64,000 nucleotides of DNA, taken from assembly GCA_000146465.1 (NCBI GenBank), contig CP001949.1. One strand, 5' to 3'. The notes beneath the pieces were generated by a model. That model did no database searches, had not been told where the DNA came from, and saw only the letters and a program-made list of their open reading frames with translations. Positions within the stretch are counted from its first letter, which is position 1; each line of letters opens with the position of its first letter. The translations under genes were made by a program, and so were the position numbers. This document shows positions 30,888 through 39,845 of this stretch, one piece after another.

Positions 30888-31340
30888 ATGAAAAATTTTC
30901 ATCCCCAGATGAAGAACTTGAGGAGGCAGAAGACGTCCAGCAGAAGAAAACAGAGAAAGGCACACTTTGCCTGCAACATTGGAGAAAAGATAATAAGATC
31001 ATCGGCACGTCTTTCCCATGAGCTTAGAAAAGAATATGGATTCAGGACATTTCCCTTGAAAAGCGGAGACACTGTTCTCGTGAAGGGAGGTAAGTTTGAC
31101 GGGAAGGAAGGAGTAATCACAAGCATCAACTACGAGGATTACAAGGTGTATGTTGAAGGATGCTTTGTGACAAAGAATGACGGGACAAATGCATTGGTAC
31201 CTATTTACCCATCCAGGTTGACCATCACCAAGTTTTTCCTTGGAGAGGGCAGGGATCAGCAGCTAGAGAGGAAGAAGAAGGCCCGGGAATACAACATGGA
31301 GATTCTTAGAAAGAAACAGGAGGAAGTTGCTACTAATTAA
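30888..31340 (+). CDS. RPL26: 60S ribosomal protein L26 (uL24)
   Basis: KOW-type core TFPLKSGDTVLVKGGKFDGKEGVITSINYEDYKVYVEGCFVTKNDGTNALVPIYPSRLTITK; a second in-frame ATG at 30909 is the one preceded by CCCC. Confidence 0.85.
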   Translation: MKNFHPQMKNLRRQKTSSRRKQRKAHFACNIGEKIIRSSARLSHELRKEYGFRTFPLKSGDTVLVKGGKFDGKEGVITSINYEDYKVYVEGCFVTKNDGTNALVPIYPSRLTITKFFLGEGRDQQLERKKKAREYNMEILRKKQEEVATN

Positions 31341-31430
31341 ACCGTTTTGGAAATCCGGGCTTCTTAAGCTTACCTCCATCTTAAGGCCAAATGGCCGGCT
31401 CAACCTATAAAAGCGATATTATTTATTCAT

Positions 31431-32075
31431 TTATTTATCTGCCCTGGATTTCAAAACCATGGCCCTTGCTTTCTTAATTTTGTTTCTTACATCCTCTGGG
31501 AAGAAGCACAAGTCGTCCTCCGAGATGGAGCATATTCTTTCCAGGATTTGCATCTTCTGCTTGGAAAGATCGAAGGATTCCTTTAAAACCTCATCAATAG
31601 CCCCAGGATCTACCAGTTTAAGCTTGAGTATGGCATGGATGATCGCATAAACAAGACTCGAATTTTTATTCAAAAGCTCTCTTAAGTACGATGGCTGATC
31701 CAGTGCCAACTTTCTCAAATAGAAGAGAACCTCCTTCAGATTGTCCTTGTCCATATTGTCTAGCACGCTGATTAAGTTATCTATTTCTGGAACTTGATTG
31801 TCCGGCTCCTTGGCCTTGGCGGGCATGTCATTTTCGGCATAGTTTATCTTTACAGGCCTTCCGTTGAATGATATCTTCAAGTTTTGCAATGCTTTCTCCA
31901 CAATCAATGGAGATTCATACTCACAAAATCCAAACCCTCTTGACTTTCCTGTTGTCTTGTCGTAAACCATCCGGAAGCTAACAACTTTTCCTACAGCTCC
32001 GAGCTCTTCTATTATGCGTTCTTCAGGAACTTCGAAGTCTATGTTTCCAACAAAAATACTGCACCCGCTCTTCAT
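31431..32075 (-). CDS. cleavage stimulation factor 64 kDa subunit (CstF-64/Rna15-like)
   Basis: N-terminal RRM SIFVGNIDFEVPEE...GKSRGFGFCEYES, then a hinge domain NSSLVYAIIHAILKLKLVDP matching the CstF-64 hinge PQLAYALLQAQVVMRIVDP. Confidence 0.7.
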   Translation of the reverse strand: MKSGCSIFVGNIDFEVPEERIIEELGAVGKVVSFRMVYDKTTGKSRGFGFCEYESPLIVEKALQNLKISFNGRPVKINYAENDMPAKAKEPDNQVPEIDNLISVLDNMDKDNLKEVLFYLRKLALDQPSYLRELLNKNSSLVYAIIHAILKLKLVDPGAIDEVLKESFDLSKQKMQILERICSISEDDLCFFPEDVRNKIKKARAMVLKSRADK

Positions 32076-32161
32076 GGGCTTCCCAAAAATGGTTTATAAA
32101 AACACCGGAAGTTGGGCAAAAATAGAAAATGGAGGCCTGTCCAACAAATAAAATTTAATAA

Positions 32162-32557
32162 TCATTGCGATATCTTGAGTTTAGCCTCCTGAACTTCTTC
32201 TAAATACTCATTGTCGCTGATGGGCTTTGCCTCCCAAGAAATCTTCAAACGCTCACTGGAAGAAACAAACGGAATAACGTGAAAGTGTACATGCGAGACG
32301 GATTGGTGGTTTCCGTTATTTTGGAGAATATTATACTTCTCAAGCCCAAACTTTTTCACAAGATGTCCAATGACTCCAAGCACGTCGGACAATTCCTCGG
32401 GGCGGCATTGGTGAAAGTACGGGTGGTGTGCCTTTGGAATCACAAGGAAATGTCCCTTTGATAAAGGATACCTGTCCATCAGTACAAAGGATGTGTCGGT
32501 CTCATAAATGATGTTGGCGTCTTTCTGGTAAAGTGTGCAGAATATGCATTCTTCCAT
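32162..32557 (-). CDS. HIT-family (histidine triad) nucleotide hydrolase
   Basis: HVHFHVIP histidine triad; CIFC N-terminus; the ATG at 32557 is preceded by CCCC, whereas the maximal ORF (to 32725) runs antisense through the divergent neighbour. Confidence 0.7.
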   Translation of the reverse strand: MEECIFCTLYQKDANIIYETDTSFVLMDRYPLSKGHFLVIPKAHHPYFHQCRPEELSDVLGVIGHLVKKFGLEKYNILQNNGNHQSVSHVHFHVIPFVSSSERLKISWEAKPISDNEYLEEVQEAKLKISQ

Positions 32558-32619
32558 TTGGGGAGTGTTCTCAGGAACCCAAATTATCATCATTATTTTC
32601 AAAGTAAAAAACACCCAGA
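32558..32619. promoter_or_regulatory. 62-bp bidirectional spacer between the HIT (-) and Trm4 (+) genes, carrying a C-run before each start codon
   Basis: CCCC..ATG on the minus strand (ATG at 32557) and CACCCAGA ATG on the plus strand (ATG at 32620). Confidence 0.4.
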
Positions 32620-34167
32620 ATGCCAAAAAGGGAGTATATGGAGTATTATAAAAGGACTCTGGGAATGGATGGAGGAGACTTTGACGAATTCCATAGGTTT
32701 TCTGAAAGGGATCTTGCCTATGCATTTAGAATCACAAATACACCGCTGGCCGGCATGATAAGAAGCAAGATAGAGAAGCATCCGTTTGTTCGGAAGATAA
32801 AGTATCTTGAAGATGTCTATGAGTTCCATAAAAAGAAAGAAAAAGACGATGAGTATAGGGAATTTTCAAAGTTTTTAGTTAACCAGACCAGTATAGGGCT
32901 AATTCAGAGGCAAGAGATTGTTAGTATGATTCCTGTTTCGCTAATGGAGTTGAAGAAAGACTCAAAGGTCATTGACATGTGTGCAGCCCCAGGATCGAAA
33001 ACAAAACAAATTCTTGATATTGTTACCAATGGACTTGTGATAGCAAATGACTCCAACGGAAAGAGACTGAAAGTGCTTGTAAGTGAGACTTCTAAGAAGC
33101 CCAATGGATCACTAATAATTAGTAAGCATGATGCCACCATATTTCCAAACGTATATGAAGGCGGAAAGCTAGTCAGGTTTGACCGTGTATTCTGTGATGT
33201 GGTTTGCTCTAGTGATGGAACCATAAGAAAAAGCCCCGGAATTCTTGAGGGATGGAAGCTTTCTCGGACCACAGGACTGTTTAACACTCAGTTTAGGATT
33301 CTGAAGAGAGGATGTAATCTTGTTGCAGAAGGAGGCCTGGTATCTTACTCCACATGCTCTTTGAACCCGATAGAGAATGAATGTGTAGTTCAAAAGATCC
33401 TTCTTGAAGGGGAGTTTGAACTAGTTGACTTCAGAAACGACCCAAGACTCGTACCTTTTCCTACCTGTGGAGATGGAACGAGACTTGTTTTCAGAGAGGG
33501 TCTGAGGAAGTGGGGAACCGAAGATCTGATTTTCAAGAATCCAGATTATCGGCCTTCCGATGTGGACGTGGGGCTTGAGAAATGCATTAGACTGTATCCA
33601 CATGACCAGGACACAGGAGGATTTTTCATTGCAATTCTAAGGAAGAAAAGGAATTTCGGAGAAGAGATAAATACTAAGGAGGTATCAAATGCATCCTTTC
33701 ATCATTTCATGTTTCTTTCAAAGAGCGAAAAGGAAGAAATATTCAAAACTTATTCAATATACATAGACGGAGAACTGTATAAGAAAAGAAAGAGTAGTAG
33801 TACTATAAGTACTGTATCGAGCATAGCAGCAAAGGTGCTTAGTGGAAATCCGGTACTTAATGTTATAAGTGCAGGCTACCGGATTCTTGAGAAATCGGGA
33901 TTATCCAATGCAGACTTTTATCTTAAAAACCTCTTTCATCGAGGAGAAGGACTTGAATGTAGCTTGAAGATCTCTATGGACCAGTTCAAACTTCTTCTGA
34001 ACGAGACGTTTGTTAGTAATGACCTTTTAGGTTTTGAGCATATAGGACTGGCCATCGCCCGAATTGAAGTGATAGGCATCACGCTCTGTGGATACGGAAG
34101 CCACACCTCATTTACTCTCTTTATGAACAATAATCTGAGAAGAGCATTAAAAGATCTAGTTTTGTGA
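32620..34167 (+). CDS. NOL1/NOP2/Sun-family RNA (cytosine-5)-methyltransferase, Trm4/NSUN2-like
   Basis: SAM-binding [10 protein letters not shown], catalytic [14 protein letters not shown] (the DVPCSGDGT motif) and YSTCSL (TC motif). Confidence 0.7.
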   Translation: MPKREYMEYYKRTLGMDGGDFDEFHRFSERDLAYAFRITNTPLAGMIRSKIEKHPFVRKIKYLEDVYEFHKKKEKDDEYREFSKFLVNQTSIGLIQRQEIVSMIPVSLMELKKDSKVIDMCAAPGSKTKQILDIVTNGLVIANDSNGKRLKVLVSETSKKPNGSLIISKHDATIFPNVYEGGKLVRFDRVFCDVVCSSDGTIRKSPGILEGWKLSRTTGLFNTQFRILKRGCNLVAEGGLVSYSTCSLNPIENECVVQKILLEGEFELVDFRNDPRLVPFPTCGDGTRLVFREGLRKWGTEDLIFKNPDYRPSDVDVGLEKCIRLYPHDQDTGGFFIAILRKKRNFGEEINTKEVSNASFHHFMFLSKSEKEEIFKTYSIYIDGELYKKRKSSSTISTVSSIAAKVLSGNPVLNVISAGYRILEKSGLSNADFYLKNLFHRGEGLECSLKISMDQFKLLLNETFVSNDLLGFEHIGLAIARIEVIGITLCGYGSHTSFTLFMNNNLRRALKDLVL

Positions 34168-34232
34168 AGCGAACCAGTGTACAGCGTCCCCAAACCATTT
34201 ATTATTCAAGTGCTTTGCTACTAGGACAAATT

Positions 34233-34628
34233 TTATTTTCCTCGGGACTTGGCCTGGCTCTTTGAAAGAGCATTGTGAACTTCTCTTATGGCCAGCTTCC
34301 TCAACTCTCCCTTGAGCAAGATCTCAAAGGCACTTACAATGTCATCGGATCCCACGGTCTGCTTGCCAACCTTCCTTGCTAGCTCTCCTGCAAGGTCTGC
34401 AACTGTGTCAACAAAGTCAAAAGAAATCCCGCAGAGAACTTGGATTGAGTTGCTTGTCAGCATGATGTTGTTGTCCGGGCTGACCTCTCGAGAAATACGC
34501 TTGACTGCCGACTTGAACATTCCTCCAACGCACATGGAAGATGACTTCTTCTTAGACTTCTTTTTGTCGCCTCCATCCAAAGATGTTCCTGGAGCCTTAC
34601 CTGTAACATGTCTTGCGGACTTTGCCAT
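34233..34628 (-). CDS. histone H2B (divergent)
   Basis: Lys-rich tail plus fold region ending LLKGELRKLAIREVHNALSK, which matches the H2B [21 protein letters not shown]; C5 run immediately 5' of the ATG. Confidence 0.65.
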   Translation of the reverse strand: MAKSARHVTGKAPGTSLDGGDKKKSKKKSSSMCVGGMFKSAVKRISREVSPDNNIMLTSNSIQVLCGISFDFVDTVADLAGELARKVGKQTVGSDDIVSAFEILLKGELRKLAIREVHNALSKSQAKSRGK

Positions 34629-34640
34629 TGTAAGGGGGAT
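34629..34640 (-). promoter_or_regulatory. C-run (CCCCC on the coding strand) immediately 5' of the H2B ATG
   Basis: One instance of the recurring CCC-type upstream motif. Confidence 0.4.
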
Positions 34641-34776
34641 GTTTTTCTTTATTTATCCTTTTTGGCGGGTAATTGGGTGTTTTGGAGGGAAGCTGACCTA
34701 AAAGAAAGGAGACACAGATTGTTTTTGTTTATGTTTAAGGCTATGGAAAGGTTTCTTTTGAAACTTTGATGGGTAT

Positions 34777-36039
34777 ATGTTTAAACATGATTTTCATGAC
34801 CCATATAAGATGGAGGAGTATTTCCGGATATCCGATAGAACAAGGACTCTAGAGCATCAATATACAGATCTTCTTACCAGAAGACTGAGGTTTGAAACCT
34901 TGCTGGTTGAAGAGGACTACAGCAACCTTCTTGCAGCTCATGAGGAGTTTATTTCGAAGGCAAAGACCTCCGAAGACAACTATAAGGAGCAAATAGATGG
35001 CCTAAAGGCTATGGTCGACCAGCTCAACCATGATATGGCAGAAAGAGAAGACAACATAAGGAGACTTATGGAAGAAAATATTAATTTGGTAAGTATGGTT
35101 CAAAGGCTTGAGGAAAAAAGCAAGGAAGATCAAGGAGTAAGAAAGGGGCTAAACGAGCTAGTAGAAGACAGGTTGTGGGAAGCTCAAGACTTTAAAAAAA
35201 TGGATGAGATGCACAGAATTGTTAAGTCCGTCGAGGACGAGCTACGAAGCAACCTAAGCAAACTTCAGGAAGATTGTATTCGATACAGAGGGGATACAGA
35301 AAGAATGAGCTCTGAAATAGAGAAGCTGAAGCTAAAGAATGCCGAACACATAGAAAAGATGAAGGAGATCAAGGAAAGCAGGTCCGTCCTTGAAGATAAA
35401 ATGAAAAAACTAGAGGAAGAGAATAACAGACTTATGAGGGAGAACATTCATTCTGATGAGCTTCGAAGATTTATAAGTGAGAAAGATGAGATTATATCTG
35501 CATTAAAAGAAAACATGAGGCAGAAGTCAGAGGTAATTGAAATGCAGAAGAAAATGATTGCGAGTTCTCCAAAAGAGAGCAGGGTTGTTTTGAGCAATGA
35601 CGTCTACAATGTGTTTGAAGAGGACCTTAAGGCTGAGGAGAGTGACGGAGAGCTAGAACTAGGAGATGGATATGGCACTAAGGAGCAGCTTTGGAATGAC
35701 ATCTCCTCTCAGCCCAAGCCTGTAGGAAAGAGTGCTAAAAGCTTGGGATCTGGAAGAAAGAAGACGGCGGCCCCTAAAAGAGAAAAGACAAGAAAAGTTC
35801 CTCCAAAACTTACAGCAACCATAGATAGAAGTAATGCCAGAGAAAATGCAGACAATAAGATTTCTGGCAAATTACTAGACATCCAGGAAGCCCCAAAGGC
35901 TTCGGAGCCATCCAAAAAACTATTTACTCCGGGATTTTTGCTTAAGCCTGAAAACTCCTCATACTTTGCAGACTTAACATTCAACAACTCAAGTCCAATT
36001 ATAAAGAAGGACCAGCCTAATCTTCCCAAGAAGAGGTAG
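34777..36039 (+). CDS. coiled-coil protein with basic C-terminal tail
   Basis: About 250 aa of heptad-rich Glu/Lys/Leu sequence, then a Lys/Pro/Ser-rich tail; no family assigned. Confidence 0.4.
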   Translation: MFKHDFHDPYKMEEYFRISDRTRTLEHQYTDLLTRRLRFETLLVEEDYSNLLAAHEEFISKAKTSEDNYKEQIDGLKAMVDQLNHDMAEREDNIRRLMEENINLVSMVQRLEEKSKEDQGVRKGLNELVEDRLWEAQDFKKMDEMHRIVKSVEDELRSNLSKLQEDCIRYRGDTERMSSEIEKLKLKNAEHIEKMKEIKESRSVLEDKMKKLEEENNRLMRENIHSDELRRFISEKDEIISALKENMRQKSEVIEMQKKMIASSPKESRVVLSNDVYNVFEEDLKAEESDGELELGDGYGTKEQLWNDISSQPKPVGKSAKSLGSGRKKTAAPKREKTRKVPPKLTATIDRSNARENADNKISGKLLDIQEAPKASEPSKKLFTPGFLLKPENSSYFADLTFNNSSPIIKKDQPNLPKKR

Positions 36040-36133
36040 ACATATTTATCTCTATCCACTTGAATTGTGATTAAAGGAGCCTGTTTTTCAGACTCTTTTC
36101 CCTTAAGAAATGGGAAAGTTGTTCAGATTTTTA

Positions 36134-36961
36134 TTAAAAAAGTCGAGGAATGAAAATCTTGAAAAATCCACTGGCGGTATATACTGTTGCGAGTATTCCA
36201 AGCATAAATAAACTGCAGAAGATTATAGAAAGGAGATTTATGCCTTCCTTCTCTAGAGAGACTGGCTTTCCAACATAATTTTTGAGAGCTATCAAGATAG
36301 AAATTAATGCACAAGGAATATCATATAGCATAGTCTTATTTCTCCACGAAAGGAATGCCATGAAGAACATTATAGTAAGAGCTGTTGGATAAAGAAATTG
36401 ATAAATATCATCACTTTGTAAGAAAAACGACGATTTCCATGTGCATCTAAAGAGATACACCAACGAAACCATTAGGCTATAGATCCTCGCATCTCTTTTC
36501 GAGGATTCTTCTTCTTGTATGTAGAGAAGATGGGTAGTTAAAATGATCCCAAAAGCTATTTGAAATACTGATATTAAGTTCTTGAATTCAAGAAGTTTGC
36601 GAATATCAGGGTTTCTTCTGTATGAAGCATGAAGCCTTTCAACTGCTTCAATCCATGAGAAGACTATTGCAGTCATAAGAATGCAAAAGCTAAAATACTT
36701 GCTTTCCATTTTAAAGATACCCAACATTATTGATTTAAGAATCAAAATAAAACTGAAAATGATATCATAGTCGATATCAAACTTCCAGTGTATATTAACT
36801 CTGTCGCCGATTCTACAGATGAAGAAGGAAGACTTTTCCCCATCTTCGTCAAGAAGAGTCTCCCTTACCTTTACATGGAATTCCTTTATGTTTTTCTCGT
36901 TTTTTTCATGGAGCTCTTCAATGTTCTCTTGGATTTGGCGTGCCCAGTCTAGCTCTTTCAT
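36134..36961 (-). CDS. multi-pass membrane protein (hypothetical)
   Basis: About 6 predicted hydrophobic helices after a cytosolic N-terminus; no motif recognised. Confidence 0.4.
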   Translation of the reverse strand: MKELDWARQIQENIEELHEKNEKNIKEFHVKVRETLLDEDGEKSSFFICRIGDRVNIHWKFDIDYDIIFSFILILKSIMLGIFKMESKYFSFCILMTAIVFSWIEAVERLHASYRRNPDIRKLLEFKNLISVFQIAFGIILTTHLLYIQEEESSKRDARIYSLMVSLVYLFRCTWKSSFFLQSDDIYQFLYPTALTIMFFMAFLSWRNKTMLYDIPCALISILIALKNYVGKPVSLEKEGINLLSIIFCSLFMLGILATVYTASGFFKIFIPRLF

Positions 36962-37029
36962 TTCAATACCCTTCTAGCTATTTACAAATATAATTGGAAA
37001 AGCGGAAATCGTTGTACCCAAAAAGGCCC

Positions 37030-37581
37030 ATGAACAAGGAAGACGATAGAGACGTCACAGGAGTAGGGAAAAGTGATCCCGCAGAGAACAGAAGCAGGCA
37101 AAAGAGGGCCAGAGGAGGAGAAGGGCGGGGAGAAAAGAGGGATCAGAGCCCTGAGGAGATCTTGGAGTTATCGAGATCTTTGAGGAAAAGAATGCAGAGG
37201 ATCTTGAGGGAAGACAATGCAAACAATCAGAAAGGGCTTCCAGCAATTGGGAAGATGGAAAGCGTTGAGGAGATATCAGACATCTTAATGAATAAGGGGT
37301 TACAGGAAAGCCTTTTGGATGAGGGCATCCTTAACGAAATCAAAGGATGGCTGGAGCCTCTCCCCGACAAATCCATGCCCAACATAAAAGTTAAAAAGAG
37401 ACTTCTGGATGTACTCAAGAACATGAGGATTCATAAGGAACACTTGGTCACGAGTGGAGTGGGGAAGATTGTTTATTTCTACACCATAAACCCCAAGGAA
37501 GCAAAGGAGATAAAATCGATGGCAAAAACACTCGTACAGAAGTGGACCAGTGAGATCTTCAAGCCAGAGAATGACGATTGA
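37030..37581 (+). CDS. IWS1/Spn1-like transcription elongation factor (TFIIS N-terminal-type domain)
   Basis: SGVGKIVYFYTINPKE...TLVQKWTSEIF matches the IWS1 SGIGKAVMYLYKHPKE...LINEWSRPIF; ATG at 37030 follows GGCCC (the track start 36994 is a TTG lying 33 bp from the divergent neighbour). Confidence 0.55.
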   Translation: MNKEDDRDVTGVGKSDPAENRSRQKRARGGEGRGEKRDQSPEEILELSRSLRKRMQRILREDNANNQKGLPAIGKMESVEEISDILMNKGLQESLLDEGILNEIKGWLEPLPDKSMPNIKVKKRLLDVLKNMRIHKEHLVTSGVGKIVYFYTINPKEAKEIKSMAKTLVQKWTSEIFKPENDD

Positions 37582-37644
37582 GAGATTTCGAGAAGGCATC
37601 TCTTTTGTTGTATACAATCCAGACTTCTGCCTTTATGGGTCTTC

Positions 37645-38004
37645 TCAAATAAACAGAAACTCAAACAGATTACTAACGTCATTCTTCATGCAGAACTCTT
37701 CAAGATACTTTATAAATTCATATCTGTTCATGTTCATACTCTTCCGGACTGGGAGGCCATGTATCCATGCAAAGTAATAGTCAATGAGGTTATCTACTTC
37801 TTTTCGTATCAGCTTCTCATTAAGGCGGACATCCTCTTCTGAAGACGTTCTATTAGTATGGTCTACTAGAAATGCTATGCCCTTCTCTGACACAAGGAAT
37901 TTCTTTACTATTTCCTTTTCGTTGTATCTTTTCTGCCTCTCTACTCCTTCTGTTCTTTTCCTGTTCATGCTTAAGCATGGGGATATCCTTTTAAACAAAA
38001 TCAT
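37645..38004 (-). CDS. hypothetical protein; possibly the 3' part of the upstream E1-like gene
   Basis: ORF that abuts and overlaps the end of the 38027-38569 gene by 11 nt on the same strand, in a different frame. Confidence 0.3.
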   Translation of the reverse strand: MILFKRISPCLSMNRKRTEGVERQKRYNEKEIVKKFLVSEKGIAFLVDHTNRTSSEEDVRLNEKLIRKEVDNLIDYYFAWIHGLPVRKSMNMNRYEFIKYLEEFCMKNDVSNLFEFLFI

Positions 38005-38026
38005 CGGGAATATGAAGCGACCCCAT

Positions 38027-38569
38027 TTAGATCTCAAGCCTGAATTCGTCTACAAAAGATCTCTTTTGAAGTTTCTTCACCCACTCCTGCACTATTATGG
38101 CACCAAGTAAGCAGTCGTGAGCAACAGAGACACTGTCATATTCTCTACAAACGTGTTCTTGGTCAAGAGGATGGAACGCCATACATCTGGAGCAAACATA
38201 AATGCTTGGACAATTTGTTCTCATTTTCATGTCAATGAAGATGGCCTGGGTGCACCTGGCCCAGATTTCTTCATCCTTTTCTTGATCAATGGTTGTCACT
38301 TTTACCTCCTCATTTATTTTTTCAATCTTATTAGCAAATATTTTCTTGAAGGAGACAAGGACGTCTGCATTTACCGTTATCTTCCTTACTCCAAGGAGCA
38401 CCAGATTCTTGAGTATTTCTCCCCCAACATCGTTGATCCTTTTCTCTCCAGCCATGATGTACGGAGGTCCCTGCACCACTACCACGTGTGACTCTTCTAT
38501 GGACTTCTGTGTGTCCTTTCCAAAAAGCCTTATCTGGCGGTCGTAAAGCCCATACAGCTCCTTTTCCAT
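38027..38569 (-). CDS. ThiF/E1-like (ubiquitin-like modifier activating enzyme, Aos1/SAE1-like), unusually short
   Basis: LYDRQIRLFGKDTQKSI..SHVVVV....GGEILKNLVLLGVRKITV matches the E1 N-terminal YDRQIRLWG..Q..L..S.VL.VG..G.G.EI.KNL.L.GV; only 180 aa. Confidence 0.45.
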   Translation of the reverse strand: MEKELYGLYDRQIRLFGKDTQKSIEESHVVVVQGPPYIMAGEKRINDVGGEILKNLVLLGVRKITVNADVLVSFKKIFANKIEKINEEVKVTTIDQEKDEEIWARCTQAIFIDMKMRTNCPSIYVCSRCMAFHPLDQEHVCREYDSVSVAHDCLLGAIIVQEWVKKLQKRSFVDEFRLEI

Positions 38570-38625
38570 GAGGCCAGAAAAAATTTCTGCTCAAAACGTT
38601 TAATTTTCTTAAGCAACCATCCCCA

Positions 38626-39147
38626 ATGTCTGAGAAGAAGAAACAAGACGTTTACTTTGATGTGTATGCAAATGACGAGAGCCTTGGGAGAATTGTAATG
38701 AAGCTTGCCGATGATATTGTTCCAAAGACTGCCGAAAACTTCAGGGCACTTTGCGAGATGCCCGAGGGAAAGGGATACAAGAATTCCACCTTCCACAGAA
38801 TAATTCCTGGGTTTATGATTCAAGGGGGAGATTATACTGCACATAATGGAACCGGAGGAAAAAGCATCTACGAGACTGGGAAGTTCCCTGACGAGAACTT
38901 TGTCCTGAAGCATTCAAAGGCAGGGATTCTTTCAATGGCAAACTGTGGGCCTCACACAAATGGATCTCAGTTCTTTATAACCTTGGAGGAGACGCCATGG
39001 CTTAATGGAAAGCATGTTGTGTTTGGCGAGGTGGTTGAAGGAATGGACGTTGTGCACAAAATAGCCAAGTATGGATCCCAAACCGGCCAGGTCAGAAAAG
39101 GATATAAGATTGAGATAAGAGATTGCGGTGTTCTCAAGGAAAATTAA
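38626..39147 (+). CDS. cyclophilin-type peptidyl-prolyl cis-trans isomerase
   Basis: [50 protein letters not shown]. Confidence 0.9.
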   Translation: MSEKKKQDVYFDVYANDESLGRIVMKLADDIVPKTAENFRALCEMPEGKGYKNSTFHRIIPGFMIQGGDYTAHNGTGGKSIYETGKFPDENFVLKHSKAGILSMANCGPHTNGSQFFITLEETPWLNGKHVVFGEVVEGMDVVHKIAKYGSQTGQVRKGYKIEIRDCGVLKEN

Positions 39148-39204
39148 ACATCTTATTCAAGACTTTTTACAGTTCAACTTTTCGTGTATGCAGAAACCCT
39201 AGCA

Positions 39205-39840
39205 ATGGAAAAGTTCTCTAAATACAATGATCCTCTTTCTGGAATCAATCCGTTTGTTGAAATCAAGAAAAAACCTCTCTCAATCCTTGACTATCTCAAA
39301 GCAATCCTGAAGATACCTCTTGTCCCTCTTCTTTTAGGGACGAGAATAAATGTTGTTCAACTTCTTGTCAGAATCAAGTCCAACAAAATTGAACGCCCTA
39401 AGGTCCTAGCAGCCAATGCATCTTCTCTCCTTGACATCTTTGTTCTGAAATATCTTACGGGAATCAAAAACTTCTATTATGTCACCGAGTCTGGTTTTGT
39501 AGATGCTAGGACCGGCCACTTCTGTGTGAAAACCATTGAACCTTGTGTATTATTTCCCGAGGGATGTCGGACAAACAACCGGGCTGTACTCCAATTTGCC
39601 CGAGACATTAAGGTTGACCATGTCTGTGGAATAAAGTATAGCAAGGAATGCATAGACATGTACGGAAATCCCATATGGTTTATTCTCAGACTTCTTGCAT
39701 CAGGTGGAACAGTCGACATCAACTTCAGGAAAAGTAATGACTTGAGTGATATTTGCAAACTCTCTGGACTTCCACAGGTAAAGTGGGCATCCAAAGATAA
39801 GGACAGGTTTGTAGAGGAGTTTGTTAAGAAATCAGAATAA
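39205..39840 (+). CDS. lysophospholipid acyltransferase-like (PlsC family) protein with a degenerate HX4D motif
   Basis: FPEGCRTNN matches acyltransferase motif III (FPEGTR); at the position of motif I (NHxSxxD) it has ANASSLLD, with no His; ATG at 39205 follows CCC. Confidence 0.45.
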   Translation: MEKFSKYNDPLSGINPFVEIKKKPLSILDYLKAILKIPLVPLLLGTRINVVQLLVRIKSNKIERPKVLAANASSLLDIFVLKYLTGIKNFYYVTESGFVDARTGHFCVKTIEPCVLFPEGCRTNNRAVLQFARDIKVDHVCGIKYSKECIDMYGNPIWFILRLLASGGTVDINFRKSNDLSDICKLSGLPQVKWASKDKDRFVEEFVKKSE

Positions 39841-39845
39841 AGAAT

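Noticed and set aside
37966-37980. Alternative out-of-frame ATG preceded by CCCC inside the 37645-38037 ORF (would give a 41-aa peptide)
   Set aside because: The in-frame reading gives a much longer ORF (over 100 aa) that ends where the next gene begins; the short alternative is noted only because it carries the C-run motif
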